A stretch of DNA of 64,000 nt from Rebecca billardiae RCC1528 (taxonomy: Eukaryota; Protista; Haptophyta). The stretch is taken from the NCBI GenBank assembly GCA_965240325.2, contig OZ251226.1, positions 558,001 through 622,000 on the forward strand, given 5' to 3'. The position numbers and the translations under genes were made by a program. This document shows positions 1 to 11,175 of this stretch, piece by piece; positions within the stretch are counted from its first letter, which is position 1; every line of letters begins with the position of its first letter. A model generated the notes under the pieces. The model had not been told where the DNA came from. It saw only the letters and a list, made by a program, of their open reading frames with translations, and searched no databases.

Positions 1-480
1 CTGCCGCCGCCGCCGCCGCCGCCGCCGCCTGTTGCCGTGCCCTCGCCTGCGCGCCGCCCCTCGGCTGCGCCACCCTCCGTCGCCGCGCAGGCGGCGGCCG
101 CCGCCTCGCGACGCAGCTCGGTGACAAAGCTCGCCGACGACGTGGACAGCGTGAAGCGCGGCCCGGCCTCCCTCGCGCTCTCCGCCGCGACGACGGATGA
201 GCTCGGCTCGGCGTTCGGCACCTCCGCGTCCTCGTCGCCGACGCCGTCGACGGCCGGCGCGCTGCATGGCGTGTTTCCGTCCAGCTCTGCGTCCGTGGTG
301 GTGCCGGCGCCGACTGTGGCCTCGGGCTCGGCGCACGCGGCGCAGAGCCCGGCAAGCTGCGCTTCGCCCGCCCCCGGGGCGGGATCAGCTCGGCGCGAAT
401 CCTCGCAGGGCGACCTGTTCTCCGCTATCGCAGCGCGCCGACGTGCGCTCCTCATCGATGACGATAACGCTGCGGACTGA
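1..480 (+). CDS. 3' end of a proline-rich protein with a WH2-like C-terminal motif (possible actin regulator); partial
   Basis: Frame +1 is open from base 1 (LPPPPPPPPPVAV...) and ends ...QGDLFSAIAARRRALLIDDDNAAD*, resembling a WH2 helix plus acidic tail. Confidence 0.5.
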   Translation: MPPPPPPPPPVAVPSPARRPSAAPPSVAAQAAAAASRRSSVTKLADDVDSVKRGPASLALSAATTDELGSAFGTSASSSPTPSTAGALHGVFPSSSASVVVPAPTVASGSAHAAQSPASCASPAPGAGSARRESSQGDLFSAIAARRRALLIDDDNAAD

Positions 481-526
481 GGCTGAGCCTCCGCAGCGAC
501 TCACTGATACGACTCAGCACTGATAT

Positions 527-2213
527 TATGGCCCGCGGTGCAGGGCGGAGCGCGCAGCGTGGAGCCCGCACCAGCGGGCCCGAACAACGTTTCAAAAAGA
601 TCTTTGATCAAGAAAAAAGGGACGGGGGACGATTTTCATGGCTGGAGGAGACCGAGTTTCGAATTTTGAGACCCTCTCTAACATGCATCACGGCCGAAAA
701 AGGTCGCGCCCACGGCAAGTTCATAGTAAAGCGTGGAGTGACGCCCGTCCAAAAAACTTCACGCCCTTTAGGATCCCTAACGTAACGAACCGTTACAAGC
801 GATTTTTCCGGCCAATGAGATTGCAGCAAGGTCCAAGGAGCGATGACGTATCTAGATGGAGATTGCCGCGAACCGATGTGACCATGTACGTCCCTTGAAT
901 CAGTTGAATCAACTATTCAATCGCGCCGTGTCTGTATCAGGAGCCGACGAGGCAAGGGTCAGTAGCCGATGGGCCAACCTCGGCGAATCTCAATACTATC
1001 TGACACGAGTTGAGCCGGCTGCCCAGCAAAGCCAAACCTTGGTTGCCGCGGCTGCGGCGAGACTCACTGGCTCCGCGAGAGGGGGCGAGCCGCACGAGCG
1101 ACCGACGGGTGAGGACGGCGATGGGCACGTGCGCGCGGCGAGTTGCGCCTGGAGCGCGCGGCTGCGGCGGGTCCCGACTGCCGTCGACATCGCGTTCGTG
1201 CCCCCGCTCACTCCGCGCGCCCCCGCCGCCCCGTGTCGATGCCTGCGCGCGGCCGCGCGCCGGTCGGCGCCGGATGCCTGCGCGCGGCCGCGCGCCGGTC
1301 GGCGCCGGGGCGCCCCGGCCGCGCCGCGGCAGCCGCCCTGTATTCGGGCTCTCGCAAGCTCGGGGGCAGCGGCGCCTGGTGCCGGACTGATCGATCTCTG
1401 AGTCTTCGACTTCACCACGCGCCGCCCTTGCCATGCCTTTCCGGGGAGCGCCGACGATCCGAGTCCATCGTCGACGGTCGACTCTGAGCGAGGGCTACGC
1501 CTCGGAACTGAACGGTACTCTACGAGGAGGACGAGCTGCGCGGGCGACGGTGGTGCGTGACGTCCCCAGAGCTGGCTGTGCCTCTGCAACGCGTGCCGAG
1601 CCTGATCGAGGTGTGTCAGCCCGTGCACGCGCGGCGTGCGCGAACGATCCGTGACTGGTGCCCAGTCGCACCTCCGACCTCGGCACCGTGCTCCCTCGGG
1701 CTGTCAGCTCCGCGTGGCCTGGCGTGCACGTCGAGTTGCGCTCATGCGTCGATCACGCCTCGCGCCCGCCTGTCGGCCGTCGCGCAGGCGCTGGTCGAAC
1801 CCTACTCGGACCAGTGCAAATCATCTAACTATCCTGGCGCTCGGCCGGTGCGCGGTGACCCGCGGCGGGACAGCGGTCAGTCAGCAGCAGCGGCCCGAAC
1901 GAATCCGCGGCCCCGCACCGTGCTCCCTGGCTGTCAGCTTCGCGTGGCCTGGCGTGCACGTGGAGTCGCGCTCATGCGTCGATCACGCCTCGTCGCATCC
2001 GCCTGTACACAATCGGCGCCGCGCCGGCGGCTGCGAAGTGCGCCGATGGGCCCGCGCCCCGGGCGCGGCGGGCGGCGGCGCGCCGCTGGAGTCTAGTTGT
2101 ACGGGCATGCAACTCCGGGTCTGTCAATAGACGACTGCGATGGAGGGTGCACCGCCACCGCGGGCCCTGAACTACGTTCGTTCTACGGAAAAGGACCGCG
2201 GAACGCGGTCATA
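527..2213 (+). mobile_element. Non-autonomous element family A, copy 1 (Helentron/Helitron2-like ends)
   Basis: 5' ~100 bp near-identical to 5529-5630. GGCCCGCGGTG (530-540) is inverted at 2156-2166, followed by hairpin GACCGCG-GAA-CGCGGTC (2194-2210) and ATA; the same 3' end occurs at 6758-6817. Confidence 0.7.
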
Positions 2214-2741
2214 TATTACAATATGCGCATCAGCAGTCATCAGAGTCTTATGGCACATCATCATATCGCGCTGGACGGACCGGACAGGCTCCTTCGATGT
2301 GAGTGTCCGACACGCGGACCGGGCCGTCCTGGCTCCCGTGCCCCGTGCCCGCGCACCGGCGGTCCCTGCCCCTGGCCCTGGCCGGCCTGGGACGGCCCAG
2401 ACCCCAGTGGGCCGGGTCGGGCGGTGGCGGGTCCACAATCAGACAATGCCACCGTTGTTGCAGCACTTATTGCATATCATCATTGCATGCTGTACCATCA
2501 TCAGCATGAGCATTCTGATCGCACGGACCGCAGCTTACGTCGTAGTAATAGCTTGGCGGTTTAACTCCGAGTGAAATAACGCGTTATAGTTTAATCCGAG
2601 TATTAAACTAACGCGTTATAGTTTACTATAGCTACTCAGGAGTTAAACTTCCCCGCTTAATCCGGCTTCACCCGCCCAGCTGACGCCCACGCCCGCGCCC
2701 ACGGCCGTGTGCGATCTCGACGACACAAAGTCCAGGTCCAA

Positions 2742-3221
2742 TCACGCGTCCCAGCTATTGCCGATGTCCAGCGCATTTTGCAGAATGATGCACGCGGCCG
2801 CAGTGTCCTTTAGATTCTGCTGTCGCTTGCGGCTCACGTTGAAGTCGCGCATCGATTGCTTGCTGATGGTGGTGGTGAAGCGCTCGTCCAAGAATGCGAG
2901 GGGGATCTGCCCAAAGCGAAGCGACGCAATGTACCGCCGCACGGCATGGCAAGCTGGACCCTCCCTGCCAAGCGAATCTAACGGCAGGCCGACCACGATC
3001 CCACCCACTGCGCTCCTGCTCACGATCGCGTGCATGAATGCCGCGTGCTCGCGAGGCCCAGCCACGGCCCTTCTGTCGACAACCTGCAAGGGCAGCGCGT
3101 GGCGCACATCATCGCTGCTGATCGCGAGGCCCACGGCGCGTGCGCCTGGGTCGATGCCGAGGACGCGCGTGCGCGTGCGCAGCGCGTAGCGCACGATCGC
3201 GGCGAGCGACTTTCCGTCCAT
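2742..3221 (-). CDS. yqgF: YqgF/RuvX-family RNase H-fold nuclease (pre-16S rRNA nuclease-like)
   Basis: Motifs VLGIDPGARAVGLAIS, IVVGLP, FLDERFTT, DTAAACIILQ. Confidence 0.9.
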   Translation of the reverse strand: MDGKSLAAIVRYALRTRTRVLGIDPGARAVGLAISSDDVRHALPLQVVDRRAVAGPREHAAFMHAIVSRSAVGGIVVGLPLDSLGREGPACHAVRRYIASLRFGQIPLAFLDERFTTTISKQSMRDFNVSRKRQQNLKDTAAACIILQNALDIGNSWDA

Positions 3222-3372
3222 GCTGATTATCTAATTTTTATGGGGGTAATACCCCCACTACATCAGTGCGGAAGGTTGAAGTCTGAAGTCTGAACCGACA
3301 CCGCGGTAAACACGCGAACTTCCTTGATGTTGACGTCAGATTCGTCCACCGCCGAATAATCACGAGCGGCGG

Positions 3373-4458
3373 ATGCACTCCCGAAGCCGCGTGCAGATGC
3401 CGCTCGACGTACAGCCGCCGGCGGCGAGGCCGCACACTGGCCCGTGCACGGAGGCCGCGCTGGGCGCAACTGCGGCGGCGGGCGCATGCATCCTCACGAA
3501 CCCGATCGAAGTCGTGCGCGTGCGGCTGCAGGTCGACGCTAGGGCCATGCACGATCTGCCGTCTCCGCTCGCCATCGCGCGTGACATCGCGCGCAATGAG
3601 GGCATGCAGTCTCTCTTCACGCGCGGGATCGCGCCCAGCATGGCGTACAACGCCGTTTTCAACTCGGGACGCTTCTTCATCTTCACACACCTCACAGCTC
3701 CTGAGTCTGAAGTGCCGCCGTATGCCGCAGGCCTGTGCGCTGGAGGGCTCGCTGGCTTCATGGCAAATCCGTTCGCGAGGGCGCGCACTCTGCTGCACCA
3801 GGCGAGCCCGCGTGAGCTGCGCAGCTCACGCTCCTGGCGCGGCATGATGCACGAGGCGCTCATTGGCCGGCCGCTCGCCGGCGCACCCTCCTTCGCCCTC
3901 CGCAACGGCGGGCACACCGCGTGCATCTTCTCCGTGCAAGGCGAGATCAGGACGCGGCTGCAGGCGAGCGCACCGGCCGCGCCAACACCGCTGGTGCACA
4001 TGGCCGCCGCGCTGCAGGCGGCGCTGCTCTCGTGCATCGTGATGAACCCCGTGGATCTGGTCTCGACCCGCCTCCAGGCGCAGCAGCACGCCCGCCTGCA
4101 GGCGAACGTCGGCAGTGGCGCAGTCACGCTGCCCCCCGCGTACTCGGGCGCGCTGGACTGCGTCGTGAAGACGGTGCGCGCGGATGGCGTCGGCGGGCTG
4201 TACCGTGGGCTGGGGGTGAACGCCGTGCGCATCGTACCGCACATGACGGCCTTGTTCACGCTGATGGAGCTCCTGCGCGCAGGCCTCGCCATGACGCAGG
4301 GGGCGTGGTCCGATGCGGGCAACGCTCGCTCGGCCGCGGCAGTGGGTCCGGCGGTCCCAGAGAGGCGGCCAGCTGCTCCGAGGAGGTGGTCGTCCGCCGA
4401 CTCGGCCGCACTTGCCGTGTGTCACACGCCTGGCACTGTGGGGCAAGGCCACTGCTGA
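3373..4458 (+). CDS. Mitochondrial carrier (SLC25 family, OAC1/SLC25A34-35-like)
   Basis: Carrier signatures NPIEVVRVRLQ, NPVDLVSTRLQ, YSGALDC..EG/DG.GGLYRG; the start may be a downstream Met. Confidence 0.85.
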   Translation: MHSRSRVQMPLDVQPPAARPHTGPCTEAALGATAAAGACILTNPIEVVRVRLQVDARAMHDLPSPLAIARDIARNEGMQSLFTRGIAPSMAYNAVFNSGRFFIFTHLTAPESEVPPYAAGLCAGGLAGFMANPFARARTLLHQASPRELRSSRSWRGMMHEALIGRPLAGAPSFALRNGGHTACIFSVQGEIRTRLQASAPAAPTPLVHMAAALQAALLSCIVMNPVDLVSTRLQAQQHARLQANVGSGAVTLPPAYSGALDCVVKTVRADGVGGLYRGLGVNAVRIVPHMTALFTLMELLRAGLAMTQGAWSDAGNARSAAAVGPAVPERRPAAPRRWSSADSAALAVCHTPGTVGQGHC

Positions 4459-4807
4459 ATCGTGCTGGCGTGGGCTTTGCATGTCGAATGGGCGCGGCTC
4501 TCTCGCACCCGCGGGCGTGCAGTGGGGCGGGCAGCCGGTTGGCATCTAACTCCCCAGTGGGGCCAGTGGAGTCATCATCGGAATCATGCAATCCGATGTA
4601 CGATGAAGCCTACGGCACAGTAGCCGCAATAATGTGGTAGCCCGTTGACTGGTCTCTCATTATGATAATAATATTGTGTCACTACAAGTTGTGACACGTA
4701 ACACAGTAACGTCTCACAGTTATGACAGTATTAGTTGATGTACACGTTTTCCGGACTGTCGAGGACCGTCCCGACCCGCCGCGTTTTTGGTGCGCGTGTG
4801 TTTCAGC

Positions 4808-5044
4808 ATGGGGAGCTGCCTCTGCAAGGAGAAGAACGACGAAGCGGCGGCCGAGCAGGAGGCGCGTGATCTCGACGCCCGTGCCAAGGCAGCCGAGGCT
4901 GCTGAGCGTAGGCAGCAGGAGTATGCTCAATCCGCCCACGGGCGGGCGACGGCCGCTTCCATCGAGAAGGCACAGAAGGAGCGTGAACGCGACGCGAATC
5001 GTGGCGGAAGCGACGCTCCGCTCATGAGATGGCAGGTGGGATGA
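4808..5044 (+). CDS. SVIP: Small VCP/p97-interacting protein (SVIP)-like
   Basis: MGSCLC acylation-type N-terminus, VIM-like RAKAAEAAERRQ, C-terminal MRWQVG; 78 aa. Confidence 0.8.
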   Translation: MGSCLCKEKNDEAAAEQEARDLDARAKAAEAAERRQQEYAQSAHGRATAASIEKAQKERERDANRGGSDAPLMRWQVG

Positions 5045-5528
5045 ACGCGTGGCCTGGAGAATTCGCGCGCTCATGCAGCATTTGGCATCTTCATTTCTTG
5101 CGATGGACTCGAGCTGTCGCGCTCACGTAGCATGTGGCATGCTCATTTCTTCAAGATCACTCGAGCTACCCCGTCACTCATCCACGAAAGTGGGACTTTC
5201 ACCTTTGGCGCAGGACAGACTGGGCGTGAGGTGGGGCGCGGCGATGGCGCCACCACCCCTTGCCACTACCAGCTGCGCCGCCGCGGTGACCCTGCGACCG
5301 CAGTCTGCTCGGAGTTTGACTCCCGCCACGGTGAATGTGCCATGCAGCTTTGAAGAGTGTCAGTGAGCACGGCCGCACGGCAGCTTCAGAACACACTACG
5401 GTAGCCAGCTCGCGAATTGGGCAATGGTCGGTTCAAGTGACTTTTGTCAGTAAGCTGCTACTATACCGCCCGAGTCTCGAGCCTGCTGCTTGCCCGATTA
5501 CTGCCGAGAATTCCCGGGCGCGCCAATG

Positions 5529-6817
5529 ATGGCCCGCGGTGCAGGGCGGAGCGCGCAGCGTGGAGCCCGCACCAGCGGGCCCGAACCACGTTTCAAAAAG
5601 ATCTTTGATCAAGAAAAAAGGGACGGGGGGCGGCGGAAAAAAAGGGACGGGGGGCGATTTTTAGGGCTGGCGGAGACCGAGTTTCGAGTTTTTGAGATCG
5701 CATTGAGAGGTCTATCAGGCCAAAAAAAACCGCGCCCAGCTGATTCCCTTAAGTAAAGTGCGATCTGGACGTCAGCTGGACGTGACATTAGTGTAACGGT
5801 TCGTTACGAGCGAATCGTACTCGTCTTCCCGGATCGCGTGACGTCCGGACTGGGCCACGTCCGGATCGTCGGAGGTGACGTGCCCCGGCACGATGGGCGA
5901 TGGCGGATATGCGGGACGGCGCCTGCACGTGCCTCCGGACCCGCCTCCCGCTTGCTGCTCACGCAGTCAGCTGCGACCGTGGCGCATGATCGCAGAAGCA
6001 GTGCCGGCAGTACGGCCTGCATCAGCTAGTGCCGCGCCGAGTCGTGGCGCGCGCGGTACGGTTGCGCGTTTGCAGCGCTCGCCCGGCTCGGCGACGGCAC
6101 GCGCGTGCGGCTCAGGTGTGTCAAATGCGGTCTCGTCGGCGCGCTTTCGCCTGCCACCTCGTGCACCCGTGCCGCCAGTTTCATCGTCTTCATGAGGACT
6201 GCTGCTGCTGTCGCCATCCGCTCTCCATCACCCCGAGTCGCCGGTCGCGCGGCGCGCGCGGTAGGCACTAGGCAGGGCGTACGGTCACTCACCCGTGCAA
6301 CGGGTCAAGTGGCCAGAGTACGTCTGGTCGTTGGCTGGCACGGGCCGCAGCGCTAAAGCACCCTGCTGTCACACCCGACTCCTTCAGTACTCCGAGCTCC
6401 GCGGCACGACTCACTCGGCACGATCGCGGACGGGTCGGATCCGAGCTGATCAGCCAGAGTTGGACACAGTTTGGCAGCTACTAGTAGTAATTCCGATGCC
6501 GATGGCACGATCGCGGACGGGTCGGATCCGAGCTGATCAGCCAGTTGGACATTTGGCAGCTAGTTGTCAGACGGACGTCCGATTTGACGACCGGTGCCGG
6601 GTGCGGTCTCAGGTCCGCTGCTGTGATTGTGTGAAGTGTGAATGAGTCTCGCGGTCGCGCAGGCAGGGCGACGGTCGGACTAATATAGCTTCAGTCATCT
6701 CAGAACCGACTTCAACTGGCGAACTGCCACTACGGCGGAGAGCCGCGATTGCACGGCCACCGCGGGCCCCCAACTGCGTTGATTCTATGCAGAAAAGGAC
6801 CGCGGAACGCGGTCATA
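5529..6817 (+). mobile_element. Non-autonomous element family A, copy 2
   Basis: Same 5' end as 528ff; inverted 11-mer at 6758-6768; hairpin at 6798-6814 then ATA; interior largely unrelated to copy 1. Confidence 0.7.
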
Positions 6818-7038
6818 TTCATCATCAATACTATTTCGGATTACCATCGGACAGCCCGTATTATAAACGAATAAGTCGGATGACTCAATTCTATCGATAG
6901 GATTTAAAGACACAGGCACGAGGGCGCAGCTCTGTCCTGATTCGTCTGTCGTGGTACTGGTCGGTCTGGTCGAAGCTTGCAGCAGTGGCAGTGGTGTGAG
7001 CACTGACCAACGTCCAACCAGTCGGCCGCAGAATTATT

Positions 7039-8592
7039 TAAACTGTGCCCTGGCGGGCGGGGGGGTCGGCGGGCCGTGCCAGTGCTGTCGCAATGTATCC
7101 TTTGCGGGTTCGCGTCTTTCCACATTCGCTCGTGGCCGTGGGTGACGGACAGTCGAATGCAAGGACCAGTGACACGTGAAGTTGGCTCACCGACGTGATG
7201 TACACACGTTTCACGGTCTGTAGACTGTACTCTTAGAGTATTGTATGCGCATCAGCGAGGCCCACACCCACGAGGGAATGTGCAGCACGCGGGGCGGGGC
7301 GGGTAGCCCGTTGCTCCGCGCGAGCGCGGGTACGCGCTGTATGTGCCGCATGTCGACCGCGATGGCGTAATCGAGCGCCTCGCCGCCGACGAAGCCGCCA
7401 GAGTAGATCATGTGCATGTCCTCCTGCCGCCAGCCGAGAGCGGTCGTCGCGAGGATGCTTGTCGATGTCGGCTCCAGGCATGATGGGCTCGGCGCAGGTC
7501 GCGTTGACGTCGTACACGGCCACCACGCTGAGCACGAGCGCGTTGACGTTCACGCGGTCGTCGCTCTTCGCATCTTCGACAGGTCTGGCGCTCGCGTGCT
7601 CGGCGGCACGAGGAGCTGTTGGTTGTGCGCGCGCGCGCACAGCGACAGCGTGTGCCACTCGCGATCGAGAGTGGGCAAGCGCTGCTCACGCGAGCACACG
7701 AATCCCAGCGCATCCGTCACCGGCGTGACGACTTCCGCCTCGTCCCGCAGCGCCTGCGCCATGGACGAGGCCATGGCGCGGCGATGTTGCATGCTCGACG
7801 TTTCATCTCTCTGCGGATGGCATCACGGGCTTGTCTGTGTCGCGCTGCGGCGAGGGTCGCCAACTCGCGATGACGCGGTTGCTGCCACGGCGACAGACCC
7901 GGGAGGTGCGTCCGCTGCGCGTCGTACGCCGTTGGCGCTGCGCTTCCGTCGCATTGGTCACCGTCGACGCCATGCAGGCCGGACGTGGGCTTCGGCTGAG
8001 GGACCGGACCGCGAGCAATGACTGAGTCCGGTGCGCGGATTCCGGCGATCGAGTTCAGAAGGCCGCGCCAAAGCTTGCGTCGCGTGCGATGGCGCTTCCC
8101 GCCCGCGAGACGCCTCGTGATGAGGGCTTTCTCGCACCGAGCCCGACGCGCGACGGTGGATCGCGCGAGGCGGTCATCGTGCGCAGCGCATGATGCTATG
8201 GCCGGTGCGAGCTTTCGACGTGCACGTCGGGCGAGGATCGCCCCAGGTCTCACGATCGTGTCGACGCGCCGAGCGTACCGCTCCAAACGCATCGATTTTG
8301 CCCCCGTTCGACCTGCACGCGAGACGACGAGGGCAGCAATCGCGAATCGGGCGAAAACCCCCCCCGGGAGTCCTCTCACGATGTCCGCGCCGGCGTTGGA
8401 TTTGGCGCGCGCGGCCCATGCGCTCCGCGCCATGACGCAACTCTTTTTCGGCCGAGCGTCCCCAGTGAGAGCTGCGAGGGCGCCCGGTAGTGAGCGAAGC
8501 GAGTTTCTTTTCTCTGCGAGGCGATTTTCTTTTTCTTTTCTTTTCTTATCTTTTCCCGGGCACTACAAGGGGCGGACCTACGGCCCGCCATA
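7039..8592 (+). mobile_element. Non-autonomous element family B, copy 1 (terminal hairpin + ATA)
   Basis: ~1.55 kb homologous in reverse complement to 46602-48123; ends AAGG-GGCGGACC-TAC-GGCCCGCC-ATA. Confidence 0.8.
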
Positions 8593-8621
8593 TAAATCTG
8601 AGCAGTTTAGACCGTAGTATA

Positions 8622-8716
8622 TCATTATTATTATAATAGTTATTATTATAATAGTCGTACGTAGTAGTTACGTAATAAATAAATAAATAAATAAATATAT
8701 ATATATATATATATAT
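8622..8716. repeat. AT-rich microsatellites (ATT)n/(TAAA)n/(TA)n
   Basis: Directly visible simple repeats just downstream of element B copy 1. Confidence 0.85.
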
Positions 8717-8832
8717 TGAGACCGTCGTAGTAGTAGGCTGCTCACACGGATGCTAACTACTTTATACATCATCGCGTCGACATCGCTACACGTCCGAGTG
8801 ACGCCACGGCTGATGATTCTCCGGGCGCCATA

Positions 8833-10903
8833 TCACCGTGGCGTCGTTTTTTGCCGCGGGCTGATCGCAAGCGGCGCCGATGCGGTCGCAGCGCCGCCGG
8901 CAGACCCGTCCTCCTCGTCCTCGTCCTCCATGTCCTCGTCCTCGCCCATGTCCGCGCCGCTGCCCTTGCTCCCGCCCTGCTTCGCCCGCTCCCCGCCGCG
9001 ATTATCGCCGGTCCACTTGAGGATGCTCGTGAACTGCGGCAACCGCTCGGTGCACAGCGGCAGCGCGCGCGGATCGCGGAGCGCGCTCATCTCGTTGATG
9101 AAGAGGCCGAAGAGGTGGTCCATGAACTGCTTGTGGTGCCTCCACTCGTGCCGCGACTCCGACTTGGGGTGGTACGCGTGCATCAGGAACGCCTTGGGCG
9201 CGACGTAGAACTGGAAGCCCAGGAAGCGCAGGTGCTGCACGAATTGGATTTTATTCTTGCCGTACCCTGGTAGTGCGTTGGGGCGCGCGCCGGAACGAGG
9301 GCAGCGTGCGCCGCAGCCGCAGCCGCAGCCGCCGTGGCGGACGGGCGCGACGACCGAGGGGCGTGGTGAGCCCCGCGCGCTCGCGCCGGCGCGCGCGCCC
9401 GCCGCGCCGCAGCGCCCCCGCTCGGACGCCCTCTCTCCGAGCGCGCGGCGCACCCGTGAAGCGCTCGTCGAAGAGGGGCGTGCTCTTGGCCGCCGGCACC
9501 ATCACATACGGCTCGTACACCATGGTGTCAAAGCACGGCACCTTGTACGCCTCGACCGGCCGCGACTTGATGGTGGTCTCGTGCCACCAGTACGGGTAGT
9601 TGGTGGTGAGGTGGTGCGCGGGGATCGCGCCGGGGTACCCCTTGAACGCGTAGCACTCGCGCTTGCCGATGCACCGCGCGAGCCCCGACAGCGTCGACGG
9701 CATGCGCTTGAGCTCCTTGTGGCGCGTCGCGAACGCGGGCACGACGACCGCGGTGCGCGCGTCCTTGGCCCAGTCCTCGTCGAGCAGCCGGAGCAGCACG
9801 TCGTACGTGCCGTCGCTGGGCCAGAGGTCGACGTCGGTCACGAGCCAGTGCGACGTGCTCACCCACTCGCGCGCCTTGTTCCGCAGCGCGTTCACCGGGT
9901 AGTGGTCGGAGCTCCTCCCCTGGATGTACGCGACGTGCCCCTGCTTGGCGCACCGGCTGCGCTCGAGCTCGACCGATGCGTCCGCCATCTGGTTGCCCAC
10001 GACGAAGACGGCGGCGGAGACGGGGCCGGGCCAGACGTCGCAGAGCTTCTTGAGCATCCACAGCCTGTCCACCGACGTCTGCGTCACCAGCGTCACGTCA
10101 CGCCGCCCGTCCGCCGCCGCGGCCGCGCCGCCGCCCGCGGCCGCGCCGCCCGCAGCGCCCCGCACGTGCGCGTGAGGATCGACCCGCGTGCGCGCCTCTG
10201 CCTGGATCGGCCGGATCCAGGACCAGTGCCCCGGCTTGGGCGAGGCGATGCGGCTGGTCTTGAGCACGACGCGCAGCGCGCGCCTCGTGTCCGGGATCGC
10301 CGCCGCGAAGCTGAACCCCTGGCACCGCGGGTCCTCGTTGCACCGCTCCGTCGCCGCCGCCAGCGTCGCCTCCGGCAGCTCCTCGAGATCGTACCCAGAT
10401 GCAATCTCGCCCATCACGCTCGTGTACTGCTTATTCGCGCTGGTCGCCTTGCTCGCGGCGTGCTCGCTCAGCTGCGTCGAGCGCTCAAGGTGCGCGAGCA
10501 CCTTGTCCCGCATGCGCTCCGCCATCGACGCCGCATCCGCGCTCTCGCGCCGAGCGATCGTGTCGGCCGCGCTCCCGGGCATCCCGCCGCGCCTCGCGCT
10601 GCGCGCCGCGCCGGCGCCCCCCCGCCCGTCATCTCTGGGCATGGCGATCCTGACAGCCGAGGTGTGCGACGAAAACGCGGTGGGCCGAGCCAGCGTTCGC
10701 GGGCCCGCCCATTCGCCGCCATCAGCCTCATCAGCGTCATCGACAACGTCGGCGTCCAGATCCGCCACCACCTTCTCGCGCGACAGGCGAGACATGCCCA
10801 CGAACGTGGTCACGCACGCCATGGCAACGAGAGCCAGGACAAGGAGTACGCCACGACTGACGCCACGCCTGCGCGCATGCTGGACGCGCACCACCGGCGC
10901 CAT
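8833..10903 (-). CDS. Type II membrane glycosyltransferase family 49 (LARGE/B4GAT1-like); exons 10903-9454 and 9266-8833
   Basis: N-terminal TM; DVTLVTQTSVDRL, YPVNALRN, DVD motif, YEPY; FDERFTGYGKNK is restored by removing GT-AG intron 9453-9267. Confidence 0.88.
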
Positions 10904-11175
10904 CGTGCGGCCGTGCTGCGCCGCCGAGCGGCGCAACGGGCGCCCCGGGCAGCCCTCGTGCGAAGTACTGCGCTCACGATGGCGGCGGTTAATAATCCGG
11001 CTGATGAGTTTCTTACCGGACCGCTCTCCTGAGCCTTCCAAGCTGGAAAGCCGCTCAACCGCACAGGGCAGGAGGAAGTCAAGGGCACGGACCCCAGCAC
11101 CTTGCTGCTTGAGTGGCGGCGGCCCACCGGTGGCAAACCAACTGCCCCGCGCGGGGTGCAGAAGCGGCCCCGCCG

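Noticed and set aside
528-785. Duplicated small ORF MARGAGRSAQRG (also 5529ff)
   Set aside because: It is the 5' end of repeat family A; the frames diverge after ~35 codons
2560-2625. Duplicated TAACGCGTTA palindromes as a terminator
   Set aside because: Small local tandem repeat; no evidence of function in a eukaryotic context
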